Positions 26,711 through 37,690 of a stretch of DNA of 64,000 nucleotides are shown here, one piece after another. The DNA is from Podarcis liolepis. Lineage: Eukaryota. The stretch's first letter is position 1; the number at the start of each line of letters is the position of its first letter. Made by a program: the position numbers and the translations under genes. The DNA lies in the NCBI GenBank assembly GCA_965112155.1, contig OZ218098.1, one strand, 5' to 3'. The notes under the pieces were generated by a model, which saw nothing but the letters and a program-made list of their open reading frames with translations, did not search any database and was not told where the DNA came from.

Positions 26711-26897
26711 CCGATGTCTTACTCATGTCCATTAGGTTGTAACCTAGGGAGTTAATACATTTTAACACCCTTTACAAAATCTTTGCACACTTTGTATATC
26801 TCTTTGGCTTAACAACCAGTAAGCCTCCATGAAGGTGTGGAGTTTCCATCTGTTCTATAGCGCAAGTAGCCCACCTTTCATTTGGAAACACCAACTA

Positions 26898-27251
26898 CAG
26901 TGGTGCCCCGCAAGACGAATGCCTCGCAAGACGAAAAACCCGCTAGACGAAAGGGTTTTCCGTTTTTCGATGCGCTTCGCAAGACGAATTTCCCTATGGG
27001 CTTGCTTTGCAAAACGAAAAAGTCTTGCGAGTCTTGCGATTTTTTTCGCTCCCCCCCTTTTTCTAAGCCACTAAGCCGCTAATAGCTTTTAGCCGCTAAG
27101 CCTTTAATAGCCGCTAAAGCCTTTAATAGCCGCTAAACCGCTAATAGCGCTAATCCGCTAAGCCACTAATACGGTTGCTTCGCAAGACGAAAAAACCGCT
27201 AGACGAAGAGACTCGCGGAACGGATTAATTTCGTCTTGCGAGGCACCACTG
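26898..27251 (+). mobile_element. Tc1/mariner (Tigger-like) MITE, family B, with internal (AGCCGCTAA)-like minisatellite
   Basis: TA|cagtggtgccccgcaagacgaa ... ttcgtcttgcgaggcaccactg|TA; CpG-rich, so young. Strand is arbitrary, relative to the copy at 39737. Confidence 0.88.
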
Positions 27252-27585
27252 TATTGTGAAATATAACTTGTGATTTAATATCCATGCGGCATTTGTCTTT
27301 CTTTCTTACAAAGCAAACTGAAAATTGTTGGTTAATGCCAATGATCAAGTAGCCAAGAAAATATCTTCACCCCATGTGCAGTTCTCATGCTTTAAAAATT
27401 CTATTACCATGTCCTTGGTTAGAGTAAACTACATTAAGCAAAAGGCAGTGAACAGCTGGTCATCTGTTTTTCGGTATCCTGAATGCTTCTTTGTGTTTTA
27501 TCAGAGTACTGTAAGTTAATTTAATACGTGACTGGGATTTTGATGAGTTTTCCAATAGCAGTAAAAATTCATTTCCAAGGGCATA

Positions 27586-27780
27586 GCATGTTAGTCCATC
27601 ATAACAAAAATAACAAATATCAAAGAGCCTTGCGGCTCCTTAAAGAGTAATAAATTTGTTATGGTATAAGTTTTCATGGACTCAAGCCCACTGCACATCT
27701 AATGAAGTGGATTGTGATCCAAAAAGTTTATGCTATAATAGGTGTGTTAATCTTCAATGTGTCACAAGGCTCTTTGTTAC
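27586..27780. mobile_element. Old Penelope-like inverted terminal fragment with two decayed hammerheads
   Basis: aaagagccttg..ccttaaagag arm versus tcttcaatgtgtcacaaggctcttt arm; central catctaatgaagtggattgtgatccaaaaagtttatgc is a mutated CUGAUGA..GAAA core. Confidence 0.6.
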
Positions 27781-27834
27781 AGACTGATTTAACAGTATTA
27801 ATTAGTTGTGCACTCTATTTTTTTTTAAAAAGTA

Positions 27835-27998
27835 CCGTATTTTTCCATGTATAAGACGCCCCCATGTATAAGACTATTCTTGGGGACTCCAAATTAAGAA
27901 AACACCCCTCAGCAATACCCGTGTATAAGACGAACCCCAATTTTAAACCTATTTTTTTGGTTAAAAAACAGAGTCTTATACACAGAAAAATATTTGGT
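27835..27998. mobile_element. Tc1/mariner MITE with CCGTATTTT termini
   Basis: TA|ccgtatttttccatgtataagac ... gtcttatacacagaaaaatatttgg. Confidence 0.75.
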
Positions 27999-29384
27999 GC
28001 TTAAGTTGTCATTAGACTCTCACAGCACTGCAGCAATGAAAACGTAAGTCATGGGGCTGTGCCAACATGTGGCAGGAGAGACTCTGGCCCCCTTTTTCTT
28101 TCTTGGGCAGGAAGAGGGTTATTGGAAAGTGGGAGATATCGGCACCAGTCCCTTGCCATAGCTGGATCACCTCCTGCTGAGTTTTAAGCTTTCAGCACCT
28201 TTTCCCCTCTGAAGATGAGGGACCTATTAGGATGATCTGCCCTTAGATTATGATGGATTCAATTGGCTTCCAGGTGGCTGGCAGGGAGTTAGAGCCGATA
28301 TGACTGGCACTCCTGTTGAAGCTCTGGCAGATTTGTGAAATATGCAAATAGCACAAGACATTGACCTGGTAGTTCCTGAGCTTGCTCTGCCACTTTTTGG
28401 AGCCCACTGGACTCCTTGCTGTACACCAGAGCTTTGGACAATGAAACACACCAGGAAATGACTTGAACACAGATGAATGGTGAGTGCTCATTATCAAGCC
28501 TAAGTGGGCAGTAAAGGCAGCAAGGGAGACCTATTTTTCTGCCTCCATTGCAACCGCATTGTGCTGCCCCTCAGAGCTTTCCCAGGTAGTTTGGGGCCTT
28601 TTACAGTCTGGCCCAAATGAGATTGTGGAACTGATAGTAGATTGCTGAAACTTGCAAAGCATTTTGAGGATAAAATTGCTTGCCTCTGCCAGGACCTTGT
28701 CTCTACTGTTACAGCATCAAAAGATGTCCAGAGCACTGTCTAGGCATGTTGTGTTTCAGTTAATAAGGCTTGAGGACATCTGGAAGGTGTCTGATTCAGT
28801 CTAGGTAACCACTTGCACATTTGAACCTCACTGCTTATAAAAACAAGCTTCTGGGCCAGGGAGGTGGTTAATAACTCCTGGTGAAAGGGGATGTTCCCTG
28901 CCTGCTCAAGGAGACAGTGATAAGACCACCCCTTTAAAAAACAAAACAAAACAAAAACTTCCATGGATCCACAGAATTCAATCGTATCCCCCATGCTGTT
29001 TAACATCTACAACCTCTCTATGGAATGGCACACAACCCTTGAGCTTGAGCTTACTGAAAACGTATTTCTGCTCCTAGGTTGTTACAGATACTTAATTCCA
29101 GAGGGTTATTAATCCTGCCCGGGGTTATCATTTCAATGCGTTGTGTACCTACTTTAAATTTTGTTGCACACCACCTAGAAACTCGTTGTGAAAGGCAGGA
29201 TAAAAAGGTTTAAATAAATAAGACTTTGTAGTCAGCTGTATAAGAGCAGGAAGGCTCATATCAGTATGGCTATTATGTTGCTAGGAGAACATAAAGGGGA
29301 AAACTGCCCAGAGAAAGCAGATCCCCCCCCGCCCTTTATCATCTCAGACTTTGATAAGTGCTAAAAATAACCACAAGTACTCAC

Positions 29385-29476
29385 ATGTATTCTCTGTGCG
29401 CTGAATGTACTGCAGCTGCATTGCTGTAGCGCCACAGAACTATCACCGACGACAACACATCCAAAGTGGCATCAAA
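29385..29476 (-). CDS. TMEM163: TMEM163 exon 4 equivalent, FDATLDVLSSVIVLWRYSNAAAVHSAHREY(I)
   Basis: 92 nt; acceptor tcttttccAG, donor GTGAGT; carries the DxxxD motif (human D124/D128 equivalents). Confidence 0.97.
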
Positions 29477-29650
29477 CTGGAAAAGATACAGAAGCCATTA
29501 AGGCAAGCCATGCTTAAATCAATACACTGCTAACTGTGCCACAAGCCTGTAGACTAACTTAGTATAAATCATTTGAATAAAAGCAGGGATAAGCACAGAT
29601 TAGGGCAAGCTCATCCTTTGTGCCGCAAACAAAAGACATGACAGACTTTC

Positions 29651-29825
29651 AGCTGCATGCACATCACCCGTTTAAAGCCCTCTTAAAGCACATTCCCCTG
29701 CCCCAAGAATCCTGGGAAACGTGGTTTTCACTCACAGAGAAACAATTCCCAGAACTCTTAAACTACAGTTCCCAGGATTCTTGGGAGGAGGGTTTGTGCT
29801 TTAAATGGGTAGTGTGCATGCAGCC
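29651..29825. mobile_element. Palindromic MITE (GGCTGCAT termini, probably PIF/Harbinger)
   Basis: agctgcatgcacatcacccgtttaaagc versus gctttaaatgggtagtgtgcatgcagcc; inner ccccaagaatcctgggaa / ttcccaggattcttggg. Confidence 0.7.
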
Positions 29826-30777
29826 TTTATTGTGTCAGTCAAGAAAGTGAAAGGAACTTATTCAGTTCTTCCCTACCAGTTTACTACAAGATATCCCTAC
29901 CACAAAACAAGTTGTTAAATGCTTACTGGTCTTTCTACATCCTGCTTGACAAGCATGATGATATTTATGTAGAGAGGACCAGGAATGTGAATGTAGACTT
30001 CTCATTAATTTGGCTACAGTTTGAGCATCCACAAGAGGATAGTTTATGGGTAGGGTGCATATGGATACCAAACATGGTGGAAGCGTTTGCATCCAGAATG
30101 AGAGGCAGCTTGTCTCTGAACATCAGTTACTGGAAAGAAGAGGAGGGGGCTGCTTTGCCCGTGGTCCTACTTGTGGAGAACACTCCCAATCGAGTGTTAA
30201 AACAATACAGCATTAAATATTAAAAACTTCCCTAAACAGGACAGCCTTCAGATGTCTTTTAAAAATAGGATAGCTGCTTATTTCCTTGACATCTGATGGG
30301 AGGGCGTTCCACAGAACGGGCGCCACTACCAAGAAGGCCCTCTGTCTGGTTCCCTGTAACCTCACTTCTCACAATGAGGGAACTGCCAGAAGGGCCTCAG
30401 TGCTGGATCTCAGTGTCCGGGCTGAACGATGGGGGTGGAGATGCTTAGGGCTTTAAAGGTCAGAAGAACACTTTGAATTGTGCTTGGAAACATATTGGGA
30501 GGCAACGCAGATCTCTCAGGACCGGTGTTATAGGGTCCCGGCGGCCACTCCCAGTCACCAGTCTAGCTACCGCATTCTGGATTAATTGCAGTTTCCAAAT
30601 CACCTTCAAAGGTAGCCCCACATAGAGCGCATTGTAGTAGTCCAAGCGGGAGATAACTAGAGCATGCACCACTCTGGTGAGACAGTCCGCGGGTAGGTAG
30701 GGTCTCCGCCTGCGTACCAAATGGAGCTGGTAGACAGCCACCCTGGACACAGAATTATCCTGCGCCTCCATGAACAG

Positions 30778-30866
30778 AATAAAAAATTCCTTCCAGTAGC
30801 ACCTTAAAGACCAACTAAGTTAGTTCTTGGTATGAGCTTTCGTGTGCATGCACACTTCTTCAGATA
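30778..30866 (-). mobile_element. Young Penelope-like element terminal fragment
   Basis: 12-bp TSD ctccatgaacag (30766-30777 / 30867-30878); 73/73 identical to the reverse complement of 47744-47816. Confidence 0.8.
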
Positions 30867-30867
30867 C
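30830..30867 (-). ncRNA. Minimal type I hammerhead ribozyme motif (Penelope-associated)
   Basis: Minus strand reads GUAU-CUGAAGA-A-GUGUG(CAUG)CACAC-GAAA-GC-UC^AUAC: conserved core boxes, stem I GUAU/AUAC, 5-bp stem II, palindromic AGCU stem III. Confidence 0.75.
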
Positions 30868-30979
30868 TCCATGAACAGGTGTGACTTCCAGGTTGCGCAC
30901 CTGGTCCTTCAGGGGCACAGTTACCCCATTCAGGACCAGGGAGTTGTGCAATGTACATTTCAATTAAGAGACTACTTAC

Positions 30980-31023
30980 AGCAAATCCAAATGATGAAGC
31001 ACTGTACCTCATTACGGAGACAG
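30980..31023 (-). CDS. TMEM163: TMEM163 exon 3 equivalent, (x)VSVMRYSASSFGFA
   Basis: 44 nt; acceptor ccctttttcttttAG, donor GTAAGT; phase-0 join to FDATLD. Confidence 0.95.
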
Positions 31024-33499
31024 CTAAAAGAAAAAGGGAAAAAATACTCTTTTGATCTTTTTGTTCACTGAAGTGAGGAAAAGTTGCAGTTTGAAGAGAA
31101 GTAAACAAATAAAATATCACAATATATTCATTAGCAATGGTAGAGACTCCACCAAGCTTCTGTAAATCAAAGGAGGAACAATCTGTCACTTAGGAGAGGC
31201 ACGTGAAAATCATTTTTAACATTTGAGGCTGAAACAGAAGCCAACTAAACATGCAGGTAACACCACCCAATTCTTTCTTTTCAAGAAGCAACTTCACAAC
31301 AGAGCTTATTCAGAGCAAAGGTGCAACCCAAATAAGTTATCTGGAAATGCCACTGAGAAGTCTACAAAAATCAAGTGCAAGCCAACACTCCCATTTCTTC
31401 TGGTTTCCCTCTCAAAATCAGATCTGAAATTAGATTAAAGTGGACCCAGATAAGCCAGCCTTATCAAAGAGACCCTAGATCTGGTTAGCTACCACCTCAT
31501 TCTAACAGCTTACTTGAGAAAGGAAAGATTTGAAACTGAACAACGGGGGCACACGTTCCCCCAAAAACTACTTAGTTTTTTAAAGGGGAAGGGGGACAAT
31601 TGACAGCAGTCTGGTTAGATTTATCTATGAAGAGCAAAAGTCTAAAGGTCAAGATCACTGGCTGGCCATTCAGCTCAAAGGACTTGATCCATATTTTCAA
31701 GCTACAGGTACTGACTTCTCTAACCAATAGCCAAGAGGTTCAGGACACCTTAGATACAGAAACTGTATTCAAGGAATAGTACACTGGTCTGAAATAATTT
31801 ATCCAATGAATGTTTTACAAGCATGTCATTGTGAACTATGGAATAATCAGCATTAACAAATAATGTCTCAATAGCTATTAAAGCCAGGTATTATCCAAAA
31901 TAGCTCAACTTACTGACACTGCACAATGATGTGGGAAAATACAGCATGTACATTTTGATGCCATCACTACACATAGTGGTGCAGTTAGAGAGATTTCAGA
32001 CTCATTATTTAAGGGTCTTACAGGGAGAGGCCTCTTTAGGTGGCAGTATTAACTTACTTCAAAATATAACACACCTCTGCTGCATTTAGGGAGCTTCCTG
32101 TTGTACCCTCACAGCACCATTGATTGCATCAAGTAGACTTTGATCATTTCCAAATTGTGTTGGCTTTGTTCCAAGTTTTCTTCCACCTACATTCTAGCAC
32201 TCACACCTCCACTTTGTTGCATGCGGTTGATCACTTTACCATGCGATTTTTACAAGTACTACTATCAGGAAGAAGTTGTCTAGGAAATAATTTTTAAAAA
32301 AAAAACCTCAGAAGAATTGTTAAAATCAACTTTATCACTGGCATTTCCACAGTGGGACTGACCCAAAGGGAACATTTAATTTTCAGCATTGCAACAAGAA
32401 CAAGTCCTAATTACAACATTCCTGAGCAAAGTAGGGATAATTGAGGTTAATGGAATATTTATCATGCTTGCATCCCACCCATTCTTGACCATAATAGGGA
32501 CTATGCCAAAACACAGCATAAGCATTACACCACTTCAGAACATCAGACTGTGCAACATCTTTAGTCTATCTGCAAACCTCTAACAACAGGCACCAAAGCA
32601 GCCAAAGCTATTTTGGGCAAGTTTTATGTCCATTTCAACTCAAAGAAGAAAATGTAGTTTATTAGAAGGACTGCTTTTTTCAAAGATCTCAGAAACCTGA
32701 AGAAACCTGAACCATTTGTAAAGAGTCTCATACAAACAAGCTGAACATTCAGTTTACTGATAAAAAGGAGCACTAGGGAGAAAGACTAGTGCTTGGGATT
32801 CTAGGCAAAGAGGTTTATTGAATAGTGAAGCTAATGGAGGACTTAACCTTTCACAAAGCCATGGAGATGCCGAGGCAATCCAAATTTATCAAAAACCCAG
32901 TTTTAGGGAGGGAAGACAGTTTTGCTCTACTCCCATAAAAACACGAGAAATAGGCATTTTGAAAAGGGCAAATTCACTCCTCATGTCTCTGCGGGAACAG
33001 CACAAAAGCCAGTCCAGAAAAATTAGCACAGCGATTTTAAAAGCACTCTATAGTACAGCAGAAGGACCACCCTTTCAGATCACATATGCAAGGGATGAAA
33101 AAGTCCACAACATTGGAGGGTTAGTTCAAACAGAGGAACACAGCACCACCACTGTTCAGAAACAGAGCATTTTGCCTGTGTGTGGTACAAGAAGCGACCA
33201 CAGCAATGGATGACAAATATGGTAAAGGCACTGGTTCTCCCAACAACGACTCATTTTAAAATAGAATAAGGAAACAGTAACTCCAGTTTGTTCAAGGGAC
33301 AACTGCACATGATGACTTCTGCATTTTCCGCAGGTAGACAGTTTCTCATGAGTAGCTCAAGCCAGATCGTATAAGGCAGTAGCCACTGCATATAGTCCAG
33401 GGAATGCCCTCTTTTGGATGCTTTGCAACAGAAACTTTAGAAAGAAACAGTTTGTATTAACTGTGTATGCAGTATGAAGCTGCTAAGAAGGATAATCAT

Positions 33500-33785
33500 T
33501 TAGTTTCCGGGTTCAGATTAAACTGCTGGTTTGGGCCTATAGAGCTTTATGCAGCTCAGGACCCCAACACTTCAGGGAAAATCTTTGTCCATATAAACCT
33601 ACCTGGATCCTGCATTCATTAGAGACCCTTCTCAGAGTGCCCCCTCCAAGGGATGTGCAGAAGGTCACATTGTGAGAAACAAGACGTGTGGAATGCTCTC
33701 CCTAGGGAAGCACACCTGGTACTATCACTGCTGGCTTTACGATGCCAGGCTAAGGCATTTTAGTTTATCCAGCCTTTGGGTTGAT
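33500..33785 (+). mobile_element. Degenerate L2 LINE 3' fragment
   Basis: ttccgggttcagattaaactgctggt..tatagagcttt ... gtggaatgctctccct L2 3' motifs. Confidence 0.6.
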
Positions 33786-34474
33786 TTAATTGGGATCATA
33801 CTATAATAAGATCTCTGGCCTGTTTGCTACCTTTTAGTTCAGTAGAGTAGGTTTTGTCCTTTTTAAAATATTGCTGGATGAGCACTTTACAGATTCTATC
33901 ACACATCTCATGATATCACAAGGAATTGCCTAAAGAACTGCAGGAACGGCAGCAGGAATTGCCAAAAGGCAAAACACATGACTGTGACGATCATGCCATT
34001 TCATCATGCGCCTACCCTATTACATATAAGGTGGTGAGATGGAGACTAATTTTCATATCAAAAGTACAGCTTTGTGGTATCAGGATATCTGTGATAGGAT
34101 TTCCCTGTGTTTTTAAAAGGGCAAATGACTGTGCAGGGGGATTACAATTTGAATCAGGGAGATCTGATCTGATGTTACAATTGGGCTACACTCCCCCACC
34201 CCTAGACTCAATACAGCTTTTTCAAAAAGAACTGTCTCTTCATAAACAGAATAATGAAACAACCAGAAACTAAAAATAGAGGCAGAATAGAGAAACAACT
34301 CCATCGCTTTCTTTAATTAAGGAAGCTGTACAGAATGTATTTAAAAGGATGAGCCAGATTTGGTTCAATGTTTTTTAAAAGTTATCCCGCAGCTGACTAG
34401 AGTTCATCTGTCAACACTCTAGTAGGGTAGTAATGTCCTATCACATGTTTTGTATTACTAGAAACTGGCTACAG

Positions 34475-34790
34475 TCTGATGCAACATTAAGACCTTGGTT
34501 GAAAATAAGCTATAGTTTAACGCATTCAAGAGATTTGCTCTTCCCAACTCCCAACACGACCATGGAGGAGAGGAAACAACCCCAAAACAAGCCACCGTCT
34601 GGCTTGTCATGATATGTGAACCTGGTTTGTGGTTTGTTTCCTCCAAACAAACCACAAGCATAAACCTTGGCTTACAACTCGCAGTTTGTCTGGAGGAAAC
34701 AAACGATAAGATTTTGACTTGTGTCTTGTTCTATGTGGCACAGTTAGGGGCAGGGAAGGAACTATGGCTTAACATCCTGTGCAAACCAGG
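34475..34790. mobile_element. Palindromic DNA-element remnant
   Basis: Repeated aaacaaacc/ggtttgttt motifs and a 21-bp inverted repeat at 34632-34652 / 34684-34704. Confidence 0.55.
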
Positions 34791-37545
34791 CCACAAGTTA
34801 AAGGAGGAGATTCACCACTGCTGCTGAAAACCAGAATTCCTCAGCTGCTGTAATGTCTAGTCACAGCTTGCGGAAAAACCTACACAGGTGATCCAAATGT
34901 CCAGTGAGACATAGTAAGTCACAGTAAGACCATACCTTCTGCAAGCTAAACACAAAATGCTTTGGAATATAGAGTGTGTCTACTAAAACCCACTTCAAAA
35001 TCAAAGTCTGTTTTCACCTGCAGTTGTCAGAGGTTAAGGATAATTTATTTATACTACCTATCAATCTACAAAACAGACAAGTTGCTCCATTCTCAAGACA
35101 TGCCTAAAAATGTATTCATCCAGCCATTCATCAGAGGGATCAGCATTGCAATATTGAGGTCATGGGGAAAGAAAATAGGTTTAAAAATATGTAACAGAGT
35201 AGTTGCTTAATTGTTTATATAAAAACTGCTGCTGTTGTTTTTTTCAAAGCTAGATTGACATACTTTTTATAGCCAACACAGTTTTTATAAATATTTTAAA
35301 GGTCTACTTCAGATTTGTGATGCAAGCAGTGCACTTTAAGGAAATGAATTGATTTTTCTCATGGCTCCATTCTCATTCAATACTATTTACAAGCATTTCT
35401 TTTTCATGTTCTGCGGTATTATATAAATTTAAACCCAGGACTGTGTGTGTTCCCTGTTCCATATGGGATATGTGCTTGGATATAATTTGACAGCCTTAAA
35501 AATCTCATTTTTTGTAAGTGCAGCAGTCTGTTATCTTGTTTACCTATGAAGAATGGAATGCAGATATTGCATCGTTAAACAGTCTCAGTTATTTCAGAAC
35601 CTCTTCCCTCCCCCTTTTCAGAAGAAAATAGAAATAAAATTTTAGTGTACTATTTCCTAGGTGAGAACCACTAAATGTTGCTTCCACATGAGAGTGCCCC
35701 ACACACTGGTTGTAACATAAAAGCTTCTTTTCACATGGTTCAAACACATTGTGTGCAGATTCTCTAACCCAGTACTAGTGACTTTCAAGTAGAATAATTT
35801 ATGCACAATGGCTCTTGAGCAGCCTTCATAATGGAGCCTACTGAAATAAGCAAACCCTAACACAGAAGGTAACAAAAACCATCACAACACAAAACAAACA
35901 CCAACAACAAACACCTGATTCTTTCAGTCAGGCCACATCACATTATCTCTGGCACAATGTCTACAACAAGAAGGTGGTACAAAACTGAGAATTCAGTTCT
36001 AAAACTTGTGCCCAGCGTATGGCCAGATTAAATTTGCCATTGACATTTCCCTCATGAAGATGTAAATGGCGAAGGCTCAGAATGCAGAAATGCTATGAAA
36101 CCGAGATGCACTGACCATATTACAGTAGTTTCAGCACCAGACAGGTCTCTCCTGCTTCCCCATTAGTTTAATTGAGTGCAATCTAGTCCCTTTATACTTT
36201 CCTGTATTTTAGCCTCAGCACATTCTTTCAAACAAAAACCACCATTTATGAAAGTCTATGTTTTCAAATTAGAGTCTCTAGCCAGTAATTTAAAATTAAA
36301 AAAGTCAGCATAAAAAAATAGCAAATGGATTTCTATCCTGCTTCTCTTCTTGGAAAAGTCCAAGTCAGCTACGAAACAAAACAGACCAAAAAAATCCCCC
36401 CCATTTTTAAAAGAACAAAACTTTGAGACACAGAACTAAGTCAAGGTGCCAGATCATCAATAACACTGGACATACAATATGTCAAGCAAATGGAATGCCT
36501 TCCAGAATTTAAAAGAAGTATTGAAGAGATAAAATTATAGCAATGAGGAAACCAGATGGATGTCTGAGGGCAGAGACCACATCCCAGCCAAATGTACCTT
36601 AGACAGAAGACATGCACAGGAAAGAGAAGGGTAATATGGGTCACTTTGAGAGTGCCGGGATGACACATTTTAAACAAGAAGTTAGTTGCTGTTCTTATGA
36701 GAAAACAGCAAGTTTCCCTCATAAAAAGACACAGGTCTGACAAGCTCATGCAAATACTTCCCCAGCCTATCCCAACTTGCCTTTATCAGTCAGTAGCAAG
36801 CAAACACATGACACTTCTCTTAGACGCAAGCATGGGCCAATGTTCTTGAGGGGCAATTGATTCAAAGCAAGTACAAACAACCTGGTACCATTGACATCTT
36901 ACAAAGAAGCCCCTTTTTATCTGCCAAGTAGGCCTGGGTGCAATTTTATCAAAGTAATTTAAAAAACCACAACACAACAAATGAACTGCGTCTCAGAGTT
37001 GGATAGCCTAAACTGTAGCAAGCCATTCTTGACCCATAACTATTCTATTGGATGGGACACCATTGATTCAATGGTAGTCAAAAAGAACCTGGCTTTTTCA
37101 GAAAACACACACAGCTAGCATACATCATAGAGTGTGACAGACACCTACATTTCTATACAAAGCATTTTAATCATACTTTCCCCTTAACAAATATGTTTTT
37201 GTTTGTATCCTTGATTCTACCACCTCATTGCCTAAAAATGGGCTTTCTAACATGTCCTATCTAATTCAGCACAATTTTTCTTGCAAGTTTCATCCTGCTC
37301 TGCAGTAAACCAAGGTGCTTGATTTAAAAGTCAATAGTGAAGGCCAGCTTCCTATTCTGGCAGAGAGAATCACCATCAGTCAAATAATTCCCCAAGAGAA
37401 TTCTGGGAAATCGACCAGATACACAAGTTGGAGATTGACAAACCTGCAAGGTCCAACAATTTTGCTGCAGTCCAATGGTTGGTCGTATTACAAAGGAAGT
37501 GATGATTCAGTACAATGTAGCATTTTGTATTTAAACTGTTAGGCA

Positions 37546-37690
37546 GCTGGAATAGCTCAGTCAACAGAGAATGAGACTCTCAGGATCGTGGATTTGAGTC
37601 TAATGTTGGGTAGAAGATTCCTGAATTGGAGGGGGTTGGACTAGATGACCCTGGGGTTCCTTCCAACTCTACAATCCTATGATGTTATGT
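37546..37690 (+). mobile_element. Degenerate tRNA-derived SINE with CR1-type tail
   Basis: atagctcagtc..agagaatgagactct tRNA-like head, then ggggttggactagatgacc..ccttccaactctacaatcctatga tail. Confidence 0.7.

Larger units (their letters stand above)
30190..30943 (-). mobile_element. L2-clade LINE 3' fragment (RT C-terminal region), interrupted by a Penelope fragment
   Basis: ORF 30460..30771 encodes VVHALVISRLDYYNALYVGLP..LQLIQNAVARLVTG, a typical L2 post-RT motif. Homology continues past the insertion to ~30943. Confidence 0.88.

Noticed and set aside
26898-27251. CRISPR-like regularly recurring cgcaagacgaa motif
   Set aside because: These are subterminal repeats of a eukaryotic Tc1/mariner MITE bounded by TIRs and TA; no uniform spacers and no cas genes.
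27695-27735. Additional hammerheads in older Penelope remnants (also 3645-3690 and 47744-47768)
   Set aside because: Core mutated (CUAAUGA, GAAA lost) or the CUGANGA box is absent.
36130-36147. REST/RE1-like TTCAGCACC-AGACAG
   Set aside because: Lacks the 2-nt spacer and has a poor right half-site; at best a half-site.
37546-37610. tRNA gene
   Set aside because: Degenerate tRNA-like head fused to a CR1 tail, i.e. a SINE; no intact cloverleaf.
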